NCBI RefSeq assembly: GCF_001194135.2
Contig: NC_068991.1
Coordinates: 73,991,779-74,055,778 of the forward strand
Reading direction: 5' to 3'
Origin: Octopus bimaculoides
Lineage: Eukaryota
Length of the DNA stretch: 64,000 bases
In this document: in pieces, positions 39,320 to 52,695 of the stretch
How positions within the stretch are numbered: the first letter of the stretch is position 1
How the letters are laid out: every line of letters begins with the position of its first letter
Position numbers and translations under genes: made by a program
The notes under the pieces: generated by a model
What the model was told of the DNA's origin: nothing
The model's input: only the letters and a program-made list of their open reading frames with translations
The model's database searches: none

Positions 39320-41098
39320 TTAAACAAATGAATGATACCTGACTTCATGTTCTTGAAAAATGGTTCAGAATTTGTTGTGAAAGGGCATCTGATAATAAAA
39401 TTGAAGAATGTCTTACAGAGTCCCATCTTAGTATATAAAAATGATAATTTTTAAAATAGCATAAATTTTAGGAATTTTTCTTTTTTCTTTTCTCTTCTTA
39501 ATTTATAATTTGACCTTCATATGATGCCCTAAGAAAAGCTCATTTCAGTGAAAGAGAGAAAGAGGAAGAGAGTGGACCATAGTGTTTTATGTCATGTAAG
39601 ACGAACCATCTTTGGAAGGTTTTGTGACTTGTTAGAACTTCCAGCCAAATCTTCAACTCATCTCCTTGCACATGACATCTGATCCCTCTTCCAGGTTTTC
39701 TCTGGCTGTGTTAATGCTAGTGTATATGAAGTGTGGAGCACAAAAACTGAGAAGTCCTTCCTCTTGTAAATGTTAGCTCTCTGTTGATTGGTAAGAATTC
39801 AGTTGTTTAATCAATTGAATTACCTGCTCATTTAAGTGGCTGAGCATTCCACAGACGCACGAGCCCTCAACACAATTTTCAAACAGACTTAGTATGATGC
39901 TGTATGTATGGCAGTGGGATACAAGGCCTTTTGAATTTTGAGCACAAACCACCTGGTGCACATTTGTGCAAGTGCAACCCCTAAAAGTTTTTGTAGGGGT
40001 GAATGAAAGCACTTTAAACATGTTGGGTTGGACCTGGTTTAGTACGCACTAAGCAAATTTCGTTGCTACACCTGTGGTTGAATACACTACTTGAACTTAA
40101 TATATGTGTAGTCACAGGTGTTACTGTATAGCCATGAATGTAGGATGAAAATGCGAACTACAAATGAAAGAGAATAAAATTGTGAGAGATTAGTTATTCA
40201 GTTTTAATATGACCTCATTCATACATGATTGGTTTCATGCGTATAATTGATTTTATTTATCAAATAAATTTGTATATATTATTTCAGAGCAGAAAGGATG
40301 TCTGTGGTACTGTATCGGTTTTCATTTTAAATCTTGTTCAAATTCAATATTTCGGTCAAGATTTATTTAAAATGCGAGTGAAATTTTTTGTCGATCGTAT
40401 CAGGAAATTTCAAGTGTTTAATATCAGAGGAGGTAGGTGGGGGGATAAATTGTGTGATATAGTTTTATTGATACGTTATTGATATAATACATTGAAACAT
40501 TGACAGCTGAACAAATGTCTGATTTATGACATGTTTAAATATCTTTCGAAACTGGAAATTAAAATGGTGGCATGGGTGACAGGGGGAAGGTCAGGGTTAA
40601 AATCTTTTTGAAATGATTACCTTTTAGGAAATATGCTCCTTTTTTTTTTATCTGTTGTAATAGACTTGTTTTTTTGTTTTTCCTTTTTGTCCATGTAGTG
40701 ACATTTAATAACTTGTTGGTTTATATAAACCCTTTTGCTTGTTCCAGCCTGTTGGTTGTGCCCATGCTGGTGCTCAGCAATCAGATTTGTAGATTGATTA
40801 TATTGTATATGTTTAGCTTGGGAGATACAGAGTGGCGTCGGTTATATATTGTAAAACTAAAGTATTCATCTGGCCCACTGAGAAAGATGTGAATTGATTT
40901 TTAAGGAGGGGAATAGGTTTCTTGTCATATGTGAGTTTTTATTTCTGCATTTTAGATAATTTTAAAACAGGAAGTTTGCACCATAAAATCAAGGGACAAA
41001 CTATGAAACTATGGTATCAAAGGGTTAAATTAACTTTAAGAATTTGGCATAATTTTTTTTTTTTTTTCTTCTGGAGCACAATTCCCTTTTTTTTTCTT

Positions 41099-41133
41099 TT
41101 TCCTGATGAATGACAGATGTCTGAAACGTCAAG
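41099..41133 (+). ncRNA. Degenerate hammerhead motif, family E
   Basis: CUGAUGA AU GAC-AGAU-GUC U GAAAC GUC AAG. Core, palindromic ACGU and GUC are present; stem I is poorly paired. Confidence 0.5.
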
Positions 41134-43138
41134 CCTCTTTTCCATCTCTTTGAGCATTAAACTACTACATTTGTTATTTGTTAAAAAAAACTCCCCCCCC
41201 CCCCCCCCTGTTGTTTCCTTTTTGTGTTCATCGCCTTCATAATGTATGTTTATGTGCTCAAGTTTAAGGGGTAGATGCTGTCAAGACAATAAGTAAAACA
41301 GACAGCAATGTCTGCTGGTTGCCCTTCTTTTCAACTGCTGAAACACTGACATGTACAGTTGCATGTGGTGGGCTGACTCCTGTATTTTCTGTTTGATTGC
41401 TAACATAACATTTTACCATAGACAGACCCTTGATTATGATAACTGACAGACAAAAGCATTTCTTTCTCAGGTTAATGCTTACCAACTTGTTTTGGATACA
41501 CACTCTCAGCAACTAGGCCATAGCATTAGGTTTTTGATTTTATTCTTAATTTTAATTGATTGTTTAATTTCACAGGATATTTCCAGCCAATTGATTTTAG
41601 AGACTTTATAATTGAAAATAAGTTGTGCATATCTACAACATAACAAACGTTTCAAATAATTGGTTTTAACCTTTTTGTTGCCATATTTCCTTTTTAAAAT
41701 ACACTGCTAACGTTTTAATTGATTTTGAAAATAATACAGTATTTAGTAAAACAATTTTATCGTTATTAAGATGGTGTTTCAAACATAAATTAGCTCAACA
41801 TTTTGATGGAAGTTTCTAAATTAAATCACTCTAAAAAAGGAAGTTTGTGTTTTAGAACCAGGGGCAGTCTCAGTTAAGTTGGTAACTGAAGGGGTTAATG
41901 TTTTGATAAAAATAGATGCAATCATAAAATGAATGTTACAATTCAGTTTGTGTGTGTGTGTGTGTAAAGGGGAGAAAATTTTGTTTCCTCTAAATTTTCA
42001 GAAATCCCCTAAATGTGAAGATATATTTTTTCTGTATGGAAGATGGCTACTGTTTAAAGCTTTGTTTAAGTAAACATTCTAGACGTCTGCATTGAAAGTA
42101 ATGATGACATGCTAGAGAATGGTGGTGGTGGTGGTGGTGGTGGTAGGGGGGCAGCTGGGAGCTTATTTGTTGAAATTTTGTAAGTTTCTGATTGAGGTGG
42201 GTAAATGGATTGTAAAGGAAGTATATATGGTAGTCTCAGAGATGTGAGAGACATATGTGGTGTATATTTAGTGTACTGTATAGTTAGTAAGCTGATAGAA
42301 GCAAACAGTGTTGTAATGGTAGAAGAGAGAGTGCGAGAGGTGTAGGATGATAGCATAGTGTTCTGTATTGCTTGTGTAAAGATTTACCTGTCTGGTGGAC
42401 ACTTTTATTTATTTATTTATTTACTTTTTTTTTTTTGTGTGTGTGTGTGTGTGTGTGTGTCTTAGCTGCACCATCATAGATTAGGAGAGCAGGTGTATTT
42501 GACATTTGTAGAATCAGCAGATGTGCTGTTCAGAGCTGCTGTAGTTCTTAAATGAATATCGAAGCCACATTTATAAATATACTCGTCTCACTAACTTAGG
42601 TACATACATACATATGTGTATATGTGTGTGTGTGTGTGTGTGTAATATGTACCCCCTTATTCTTTTTTCCCCCTTGTTAGAGAAATAGGTGTAATGTGTA
42701 TTACACGTATGCTAGGTGTACTTATTTTACAACCTGGTTTCAGTTGAAATATAAAATCGACCGAAATACTTTGAAGTAAAGTTGAAAATAGTAACAAAAC
42801 ATTTTATTTAGCAAAGCACTAAAGACTCATTCTCCTATTGACATTCTGATGTTTTTTATCCTTTTCTTCGTCTTCACCATTAGCTTCTGGTATTTCATGT
42901 AGAGGAGTAATTACAGAGCCTAACACTGCATTTTCCACCTTTTTATTTTACAGAATGTATTACTTTTTCTTTTGATTTTTATACCTGGTTGGCTGGGGCT
43001 GTAAATTTAGACATATTTGCTTGTGTATTTTGACAAGGTACTTTATGCTTTGATCAAATAGTCTGTGATCTGAAGCTTATCCATTTCAGTTACATGTACT
43101 TGCTTGCCTATTTATGTCGGCAATAAAAAGTAAGTTTA

Positions 43139-43362
43139 GCCCTTTAGCATTCAGATTTCTTTGCCAAATGTATTGCTTATTTATTCACATTGTTTTGAAT
43201 TAATCATACATTATTGTGTAGCTTCAAGATTTCAGTGCCTTCTTTGTATATATCTAGCACGACATTGTAGGGTAGGTGTAAGAGGCTGGATCTTGTCAGT
43301 TTGAACATAAAACAGGTAGATTATCTGGATTGGATATGACTGGATTAAATGCTAATGGTTTA
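43139..43362. mobile_element. piggyBac-like MITE (CCCTTTAGCATT family)
   Basis: Ends CCCTTTAGCATT / AATGCTAATGG. Related copies at ~45540-45760, ~48676-48890 and ~60845-61420 (split by the fold-back PLE). Confidence 0.7.
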
Positions 43363-43497
43363 ACTGTTACCATGCTTCCGTTAAACTACATTGCCTGTGA
43401 TTCAATTAATTTTAAATATAATGAATTTAGTAAAATACAGTTCTATATTTAAGAGATGAGGAATTGGCGGATATTTGTCCTCATCTTGTTTGTTGTT

Positions 43498-43543
43498 AGC
43501 ACAACGTTTCGGCTGATATAACCTCCAGCCTTCTTCAAGTGTC
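43498..43543 (-). ncRNA. Hammerhead ribozyme, PLE family A, degenerate (C3U)
   Basis: GACAC UUGAAGA A GGCUG..CAGCC GAAAC GUU GUGCU. Core C3 is changed to U and stem I has one mismatch. Confidence 0.65.
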
Positions 43544-43605
43544 CTGGGGAAATTTCAAACCTGGGTTCTCATTCCTATGGTATATTTCGAAATTATTATT
43601 ATTAT

Positions 43606-43681
43606 TCAGGTCACTGCCTGGAATCGAACTTGTAATCTTGGGATTAGTAGCCCGCGCTCTTAACCACTACGCCATATGCTC
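43606..43681 (-). promoter_or_regulatory. Degenerate tRNA-like module with Pol III A and B boxes inside the PLE pLTR
   Basis: Minus strand GAGCATA-TGGCGTAGTGG-TTAAGAGCGCGGGCTACTAATCCCAAGATTACA-AGTTCGATTCC-AGGCAGTGACC. A box at 43664-43674, B box at 43620-43630, tRNA-like spacing. The stems are imperfect, so it is not a functional tRNA. Confidence 0.75.
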
Positions 43682-43700
43682 GTGGGTGAATTTTTAGGAC

Positions 43701-43847
43701 TTATAAATCTAATATTCTCTTATCCTTCCTTAATACTGGTTCCCATATGCTGTTCATACCTGCACTCAGTCTGCTTAGGAGGTTGTTGTGTCCTAGCATA
43801 TGTGCTGCTTCTTTTAGTTTTCGTATTTTCCAGTGGTGTTCTCTGTC
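43701..43847 (-). pseudogene. C-terminal remnant of PLE ORF (GIY-YIG endonuclease region)
   Basis: Manual translation: DREHHWKIRKLKEAAHMLGHNNLLSRLSAGMNSIWEPVLRKDKRILDL*. It resembles the PLE endonuclease C-terminal pattern (E..W..RK.KEA......L.R......IW.P.L). At 48 aa it is below the ORF-track cutoff. Confidence 0.75.
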
Positions 43848-45814
43848 TATAATGAATTTAGTAAAATAATTTTGTCATTAAGCTTGTTTCAAACTGAAAT
43901 TAACAAAATTATGTTGGCAGGTTCTAATTTAGACGGCTTTAAAAACAATGCTGTACATCATAAAAATAGGTATACTTTCTGATGAGTCGTTACCAAAAGG
44001 GTTAAGACGGTGAAGCGGTAGAATGTTGGATAGAGTGCCTCTTGGTATTAGTTCCAATATTTGGTAAATCTCATTGAGGTCAATTTTGCTTTCATCCTTT
44101 TAGGCTCCAGAAGAATAAATACCAATCCCAATTGGTGGAACTGTAAAAATATTGAACTGGATATTTTGTTGTATTTCCACTGTTTGCATTCTGAGTTCAA
44201 ACCTCACTCTGGCCTACCTGGGTGGTTGGCTTAATCCAGTGGCTGATTCAACACCACCATCACCTGGCACCTCGGGTGTCTTTAGCAGAGCTCACCAAGT
44301 TGCAGGCATTTGGTGTCAGGTGTCTGGCTTGAAGGTAGCTTTCCCTCTCTCTCCTTCCCATCAATCTCTCAGGCCCTGAGGAAAGTGTCAGATATGGCCA
44401 TCACTCCTGACAAGGAAGATAAAAAGAAAAATTAGTTTGGTGTGCGCATGTATGCACACACAAACACACATACTGTCAGATTTGAAGCAATTCGTTTCAT
44501 TTGAAGATGTAAGACGAAATTTGGACATATGAAATACAATTTAGACAAAGTTAATCAGACAGGTAGGAAAACAAAAAGAAAACTTTAAGTTTGCTTGTTG
44601 TAATCTTTTGAAAATCAATCAAGATGGTATGTTTCGATGTTTGAATACCATATTTTATTTATAGACAGGATTCAGACATAACCACATGCAAGCGTATTAT
44701 CTCTGGTGGTTGTTGGTTCCATTGTTACTAAAATGGTAATGTTTCCTGTCTTGGATGCCATCTCTGAATTATTTATTCTCTAAAAAAATTTCTGTTTTCT
44801 TCTGCTAGTCACTGCATAGTCTTGTACATTTATGGCGAGCAATTCTTTCATTATCAAAACTGGCCAGTACATTGGTGGCTATGGCTTTGCTTTTGAAGTC
44901 AGGGAAATGATGGAACCATGTCTGGAATTGTCTTCTGTATTTGCTGCAAAAAATAATTTTAGCTGTTGGAATTCATTTGTTCATTCAATTTCCATTTATT
45001 TTCATTCTAGCATGGGTAACATGAACTTTTTATTGAGTCCTTGTTTCACTTTTGGATGCTCTTGTGTCACTAACCCATACCTGCTTCTCAAGTAAGGGAT
45101 CTAATATTGTTTTTTTCACCAGTACCTTCTCATTTCAAAGTTCTTTGTCTTAACACTATTTCTACCAGTGGTGGGCCGTAGACAGCACACAGCAGAGATT
45201 ACCTCTTTTCCCACAGAATTTAATGGACATCAACCAATCAAATGTTATTCAATGGACCCTTAAAAGATGCATTTATGCCTCACTGGGATTTCACATCTAG
45301 TAGGGCACGTGTAAGCATCTTTAGGATTTATGCCTGTCTGTGAGCATGCATGTTGATAACACTGGGAGTTCATAGCTGTAGATAAGAGGCACTGGTACAT
45401 GTCTGTAGTGTGGATTGTGTTAAATATGTAGCATTAACTTAGCTGTAAGTCAGGTTTTCATGATTGCTGTTTTCCAACTTGCACAGCTTTTTATTCCTTT
45501 TCAATCTGAATTCCTTAACTGAAATACATAATATTTTAACCCTTCGGCATTGAGGTTACCCTGTCCAGTGTAATGCTTATTTATTCCCATTGTTTTGAAT
45601 TAATCATGCATCATCTTGTAGCTTCAAGATTTCAATGGTGCATTTGTATGTTTTTACAATGACATTGTAGGGTAGGTGTGAGAGATCAGATCTGGCAGTT
45701 TTAACATAAAATAGGTAGAATATTTGGGCTGAATATGGCTGGTTTAAATGCTAATGAATTAAAGATGTGGTCTTAAAACAAATAAAAAGTAACAATGTAT
45801 TTCGTTTTCTAAAT

Positions 45815-46282
45815 CAGAGGTTGGCAAACCTTCTTATAGCGTTGACCATCCCACTTTGTGCAATTGTTAACTCATTGACCTGCCCCCAATATGCAAATTT
45901 GTAATATAAAATTGCAAAATATAATTAACAAAAAAGAATTCTTGATTTGCCAACAATAATTCTTTCTTTTGGTATCATTATGACTTTTTAATAAGAAATA
46001 AAGAAATTTAATGAATTGATAACGAACTGCAAAAATTCAGTCATATTATATCGATATAGTCGGAATATTTAATGTAAAATATATCTGAATGCTAATTATG
46101 ACATCGATATTTAGGTTGGAAATTAATGAGTTTTAGCTTCCAGTTACAGTGCGCTCCCAGATTCATTTCACCACTAATTCAGACCTCTTAATGTACAAAT
46201 CATTTCTGGTGTTTATCGACCCCTTTCAGTAGCCACATAGACTCCAGGGGTCAATACCAAGCACTTTACCAATAACCCCCTG
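45815..46282. mobile_element. hAT (Charlie-like) MITE
   Basis: Perfect 8-bp TSD TTCTAAAT (45807-45814, 46283-46290); ends CAGAGGTTGGCAAAC ... ATAACCCCCTG. Confidence 0.8.
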
Positions 46283-49200
46283 TTCTAAATGTTGTTTTTT
46301 TTTTTTTAGATCTTTTGAATCTGGTGCATAATTTATGGGGGTTGGTTTTATTAGTGATGATTTCATTTTGGGTATAGTTCCAATTTTATTTATCTCCTAG
46401 CTTCTACCGGCAGTAAATGCAAGCATAGCTGTGTGGTTAAAAAAGTTAGCTTTACAACCATGCAGTTTTGAGTTCAACCCCACTGCATGGCACTTTGTGT
46501 TAGTTTTCATATTTTACCCCCGAACGACCCATGCCTTGTGAGTGAATATAGTTAGACATAAACTATATTAAGTACATTGTGTATTAGTATGTGTTTGTGA
46601 TCATCATCGTCGTTTAACGTCTGCTTTCCATGCTGGCATGGGTTGGATGGTTTGACTGAGGACTGGCAAACCAAGAGGCTGCACCAGGCTCCAATCTGAT
46701 CTGGCAAGGTTTCAACAACTGGATGCCCTTGCTAACGCCAACCAGTCTGAGAGTGTAGTGGGTGCTTTTTACGTGCTACAAGCATGGAGGCTAGTCAAGC
46801 GGCACTGGCATCAACCACACTTGAATGGTGCTTTTTATGTGTGTGTGTGAGAGGGAGAGAGAGAGAGGGAGGGGGAGGGAGAGAGTCTTGATATTTTGCC
46901 TGTCACTATGAAAGCATAGCAGTGCTGATGTTGATATATTGTGACCAGTTGCCTGGTCATTATGTCAACACCACTGACTTGTGTAATATAAAACCAAGTG
47001 AGGTTGGTGACAGGGAGAGCACCTGGCCATAAAATACTGCCTCACAAATCAATTATCTGTCCAAGCCATGCCTGCATGGAAAGACAGACGTCAGACGAAC
47101 AAATAAAAGAGATGAATCTACTGTTTCTACCTGTAATTTAACGAATGCATTTGAAGCAGTTCTTGATAATAATAATAGGTGTTAGTGACAACAAATGTGT
47201 GTTCATATAGACATGTATTAGAGAAAGTACGAAAACTTATTTTTCAGTATTATCAAAATCTGTTGTTTACATGTAACCGTCTTCTCTGTGATTATGGAAT
47301 TTATTGATTTTCTTCGTAAACCATTGATTTTCTTCCAAAGTTGCACTTAACTATATATCAACTACCCACTATTTGATGCTTATTGTATTATTTCTGAGGT
47401 TGGCGGTAGCGGTGATGGTTGTAATTTCAAGTCAGGAATTTCAAAAAAAAAAAAAGAAATTTTTTTTAAAGGGGGTAATTCTTCTCCAAGGTGACAACTA
47501 TTAACTATCACAGCTAAGTGCTGTAATCTTTCAGAAATAGGGGGTATTTTATATTTGTTAGTCTCTTTTTTTGTTAAACTTAAACTCTGCTTACTTGTGC
47601 GTCGTGGAAATTTCTATAGTTCTATTATTTATTGATTTAGAATTAGCTGATTACCGGAATCGTTTCTCACTGTTAGTATTTCAAATAAAGTTCAAACGAT
47701 ACTTGATCTGTGCTTTAATTTGCATTCTTCCTGAAGGAAAGCTCCAGCAATTTGATCACACAAACGCATATGATGTTATATTTAGTTCAATTTCTTTTTG
47801 TTTGTTTTTCTTTTCTAAGATTTACTGATTTCTTTTTTTGTTGTTGTTATAATTTTATTTTATTATTTTTTTGGTTAACATCCCTACTTCTGAGATTTCA
47901 TCTGTTTGTATAACCTTTCAAAAATCTTGTGGTGCTTTAGTGCATGCATATAGTATGGTTTGTTATTTGACGCACTTTTCCAAGATTGAAGTAATTAAAA
48001 TTTGCAGTTATTGTTTATAAGACTGGCTTTGGCTAAACTGTTAAAGAATTTAGATTTACAGTCTTGTGGGCTCTCTAAAGTTTCTTCACTTGTTTTAATA
48101 CAGCTCAGATGAACATTTTCCCCATGTCTGAAGCATAAGTTCTTAATGACTTGGTGATTTGTAATTCAGTTTACTTCCGAAAATAATCTTTGTGTTGGTA
48201 TTTTAAAATTGTATAGCAAGCCAGGTGAAAATGCAGTTGTGGCAGATACTGGTGTCGTGCAACTGGCACCCATGCCAGGGGCATGTAAAAGCACCCATTA
48301 TACTCTCAGAGTGGTTGGCATCAGGAAGGGCATCTAATTGTAGAAACCATGTCAAATCAGACTGGAATCTGGTGGAGCCCCCTCAGCTTATCAGCCCTGG
48401 TCAAATCGCTGAACCCCTGTCAGCATGGGCAACAGACATTAAATGATGATGATGATGATGGTGATGAAGTTAAATAGGAATTCAGTGTTGCTTCTCAGTG
48501 CAAAAAATAGGTGCATAAATGATGCAATATGGAACCTACTGTATGACTAAATATGAGTGGGGCACTGAGATACCATGAGGTACTCATTTCATTTCTTGGT
48601 AGCATTGAAGTACCTTCGAACAATTACTGCAGGAGATGGCAATAAGAATGGGTTCAAGAAGGAGGAAATTCTAATTCTTTAGCATTCAGGTTACTCTGTC
48701 AAATACGATGCTTATTTATTCGTATTGTTGTTAATTAATTGTGCATTATTTCATAGCTTCACAATTTTGATGATGTGATTGTTTACGCTAAGAATGACGT
48801 TGTAAGGTAGGTGTGATAAGTCTAATCTGGTTGGTTTGGACATAAAACTGGTAGAACTTTTGAGCCGGATACAACTGGTTGAAGTGATTCGATTGCACCT
48901 TTTGGTTTTAGATGAGAAACCAATTAAAATATTTGTATAAAAGGTATGACTGTTCTTTGGGTGTGAATTATAAGAACTGAATGCAGAGGGGTCAGTAACC
49001 TGCAAGAAACTGTTTGAAGTTTGGGTGTTTGGTGTTTACTTATAAAAAGCATGAGCATAAATGAGCTGAAAGCTACTGAGTGATCTTCAACTCATTTATT
49101 CTGATGATATCAAATGTGTATTTGTAAAATATGAATTGATGATTATATTCTGGGTGTATTATACACCACTGATAAACTCTATGTTGTGGAAGAAGTCATT

Positions 49201-49641
49201 TAATAACACACAAAGTTGTTAAATTCATTTTAAATTAAAATTTATTTTTGGAGGTGTTGAAACTGTCATTGCGCAATTGCAACATGGTTGCTGACACAGT
49301 TCTACTGTAACTACTTGACAGTCTGTTAATAGCCAAATCTAATGAAAGGCACTTAAGGGTAAACTAACGAAGAGTTGGTAGGTTGATAATTCCTAAGAGC
49401 AAATGAACGTTTCAAAATACTTTGTGCTGAAAATTAAAAGTAGATATTTGTTTTTATTTTATTCTCATTTTAACAGGAACTGGTGCAGTCTTCTGACTTG
49501 CCAGTTCCTGTGGAACTGTCCAACCCATACCAGCATGAAAAAACAGACGTTAAAGGATAAACGTTAAAACAACAACGATTATACTTTGAAGGGCAACAAA
49601 TCTATTGCTTTAGATTAAATTTATCTAGCCATTAGTATTAA

Positions 49642-50007
49642 CCCTTTCTCGTTACTACCCACTACACTCTCGGAGTGGTTGGTGTTAGGAAGGGCATCCA
49701 GCTGTAGAAACTCTGCCAAATCAGATTGGAGCCTGGTGTAGCCACCTGGTCCACCAGTCCTCAGTCAAATCGTCCAACTCATGCTAGCAGGGAAAGCGGA
49801 CGTTAAACGATGATGATGATGCTCTGTTTCAATTAATTTTAAATATAACAAAGAATTTAGTAAAATAACTTAGTTATCATTAAGCTGGTGTTAGGAACAT
49901 AAATTGTGACTAAGGTTTGGTGGAAGATTTTAATTCAGAACTTATGAAAACAAAACATTTGTATTATAGAGCCAGAGCCGGTTTCAGCCGGGTTGGTAAT
50001 GAAAGGG
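49642..50007. mobile_element. piggyBac-like MITE (CCCTTTC..GAAAGGG family) interrupted by an RTE-tail element
   Basis: TTAA-CCCTTTC ... GAAAGGG-TTAA. Related copies at ~41667-41898, ~43400-44004 (interrupted by the PLE) and 63755-63981. Confidence 0.75.
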
Positions 50008-50405
50008 TTAAGTCCAGTAAACTAGAGAGAAAGAGATGTATTTCATTGTTATATTGATCTCCTCTGTTAGTGATCTGCAATTTTATGGGAATATAATTTT
50101 ATTTCATCACATTCTGCTAAGATATCTTGGTGAAGGAGTCTTTGGTAAATCTACCGTTTAGTTTGTCACTCTGCTCCTGACGTGAATACTTTGGATTTCA
50201 GCATGACTTATAGTATTCCCCATGGGCCTTAGTTTGATTCTGAGCATGGTTGTGGTGGTTAAAAAACTGGCTTAACCACGTGCTTTCAGATTTAGTCTCA
50301 CCATATTGTCTTGAGCAAGTATCTTCTCTTTTAGCCCTGGTCTACCTAATGACAGATGGAAGCTGTATGAAACTTGTATGTATGTGTGTATAAATTTTGT
50401 ATTTC

Positions 50406-50787
50406 TTTTACTTGTTTCAGTCATTTGACTGTGGCCATGCTGGAGCACCGCCTTTAGTCGAGCAAATCGACCCCAGAGCTTATTCTTTGTAAGCCTAGTA
50501 CTTATTCTATCGGTCTCTTTTGCCTAACCGCTGAGTTACGGGTACGTAAGCACAGCAGCATCGGTTGTCAAGCGATGTTGGGGGGGGGGGGGCAAACACA
50601 GAGACACAAACACACACACACACACGACTGGCTTCTTCCAGTTTCCATCTACCAAATCCACTCACAAGGCTTTGGTCGGCTCGAGGCTATATTAGAAGAC
50701 ACTTGCCCAAGGTGCCACACAGTGGGACCAAACCCAGGATCATGTGGTTGGTAAGCAAGCTACTTATTACGCAGCCACTCCTGCGCC
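50406..50787 (-). mobile_element. Full-length tRNA-headed SINE
   Basis: Same family as 53641-54047. Confidence 0.85.
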
Positions 50788-52469
50788 TAGTTCATATTCT
50801 GTGCATCACTGAATGGAAATTTACAAACTGTTGAAAAATAATTCAGTAGTTCTGTACTTAGCTTAAAGAATAGATGAGGGTTAACAACAAGGGCATCTGG
50901 CAGTAAAACCTGCCTCAGTATATATTCCTCTAACCCATGCTGGCATAAAAACTAACTAATTCTGTCTGTTATACAGTTATCTTGTGTTAATAATGAATAT
51001 ATTTCTTTCTGAAACTTAACAGTGAGTCTTGGCCCATTCCTCAGATATAATTTTTTTGTTGCGTTTTAGTAAAAGTTCCCTGTTAGTTAATGGCTGATTC
51101 TAAGTTATTGACACCATTACATGATTGTGAATGTCAATGCTGCTATGCAAGTTTTGGCTATAAGAGAGAAGGAGGGACAGTAATATGTTGGTGCTATGAT
51201 TAGTTCAGAAATAAACACTGCAGATTAGCTAACTAGCTAAGAATGACACATTCTTCAAATAGCATGTTTGCACTCAGATCAATAGATATACTGAGTTTAC
51301 CATGAAACTGAGAGCTTGTTCTGTGATCTAGGAAGTGCTCTGTAATAGACAAAGCGTGGCAATAGGGAAATATCAAAATGCATTTATAAAGAGAGAGAGA
51401 GAAAGGGGAAAGAAAAAGAAAAAAAGAACGTGAAAGAAATCATTCAATCTGTTTAGCAAGTAATCGATAAATTCATTTGTGTTCACATGGGAATGAAAGA
51501 CAATCACCACCAAAATAAGATATGTAAAGTGAATTATCTATGTATTTTATCTTAAAGTCTAGATTACTCAAGGGTAAGTCTTATGAATTAGAAACCAGAT
51601 CTTATTTGGTATTATTATACATTTTGCAACATTATTGAATATTGTTTAGAAGCTTTAAAATTTACAAAAAAAATACAGACATATACATATATACACACAC
51701 TCATACATGTGTTTGTGTGTATATGTATGTATATATATATGTGTGTGTGTTTAGTTTTTCTAGGTATTTCTCTTAATCAATGATCAGCTTTATTCATTAT
51801 TAAAAACAATATTTCCTGCACTTGTAGTGTGTCTGTTACAAGTTGGTGTCCTACTTGTGCTTTTGTACACGTCGTCTCCTGTGTATTATTTGTATTTAAC
51901 TTTTTGAAATAGAATTCTTTATTAAATGTCTTTGTCTATAAAGAATTTTTTAAAACTGCTTTTCTTTTAATTAATTAATTTTTTTTTCTATGTTCTTGGC
52001 TTATATACACTTCACTTTGCTCCTGTCTGGACAAGGCTGCTTTACAGTGGCAGACAGTGTCCCACAGGACTTTCTAATTGGCATGCCGACTGAAAGCTAC
52101 CTTGAATATTCAAGGAGTGCAACCTGCCTGGTGACGAGGTATATCTTGTGGTTTGGACCCTTAAAAATGTCAGCATTTACTATTTGTGATTAATGTTTTA
52201 AACTTGAATGGGGTTCATGGCTGGATATGCTCAAAATTTTGGCCAGAGCTCTTCTATTAGATGTCTTCCCTGTGTGTTTGTGGTGATTTGATCCCATGCA
52301 TGGATGTATCCATTTGTTGATGTGTTGTGTAGTCAAAGCCATAGTCTTCATTGATGACCAGTGGACAGGGATAACTCTTAGCCATCTTCCTCTTGTTTTC
52401 TTTCCTTATTTCCTTCCATCATTTTTTGTTAACAGTTAGGGTCAAATTTAACAGACTACACACACACAA

Positions 52470-52504
<35 letters not shown>

Positions 52505-52508
<4 letters not shown>

Positions 52509-52695
52509 CACATAGTAAATGAGTATATGCATATATACGTACAGGTATGTGCATACCGACATCCACCTGTATGTATAGGTGCATATCTGGGTACAGGACA
52601 TTGCAAACAAAACAGAGACGAGAAAACACACAAGCCACAGAGAACATTCTACTTCATCAGCTACCCCCGTTTTAACACCAGCGTTTCGAAGAGCT
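52505..52695 (-). mobile_element. Interspersed repeat (PLE-like), copy 2
   Basis: Nearly identical to 1090-1280. Confidence 0.75.

Larger units (their letters stand above)
43438..43847 (-). mobile_element. 5'-truncated Penelope-like retroelement (endonuclease C-terminus + pLTR with tRNA-like module and hammerhead)
   Basis: Flanked by a perfect 21-bp direct repeat TATAATGAATTTAGTAAAATA (43417-43437 and 43848-43868). Minus strand reads ORF end, tRNA-like A/B boxes, (AAT)n, HHR core, then a tail shared with the copies at 38385-38452 and 60926-61291. Confidence 0.85.

Noticed and set aside
40811-40890. Exon candidate LGDTEWRRLYIVKLKYSSGPLRK
   Set aside because: Weak donor (GTGAAT), two open frames, no homology.
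42066-42356. ORF possibly from a PLE RT N-terminus
   Set aside because: Similarity too faint to support; low-complexity sequence.
42830-42950. Protein-like minus frame KKVENAVLGSVITPLHEIPEANGEDEEKDKK
   Set aside because: In-frame TAA immediately upstream and no pyrimidine-rich acceptor; no recognisable family.
43975-44005. CTGATGA and other isolated CTGANGA hits (also 25800, 49101, 54583)
   Set aside because: No properly placed GAAA, stem II or NUH site.
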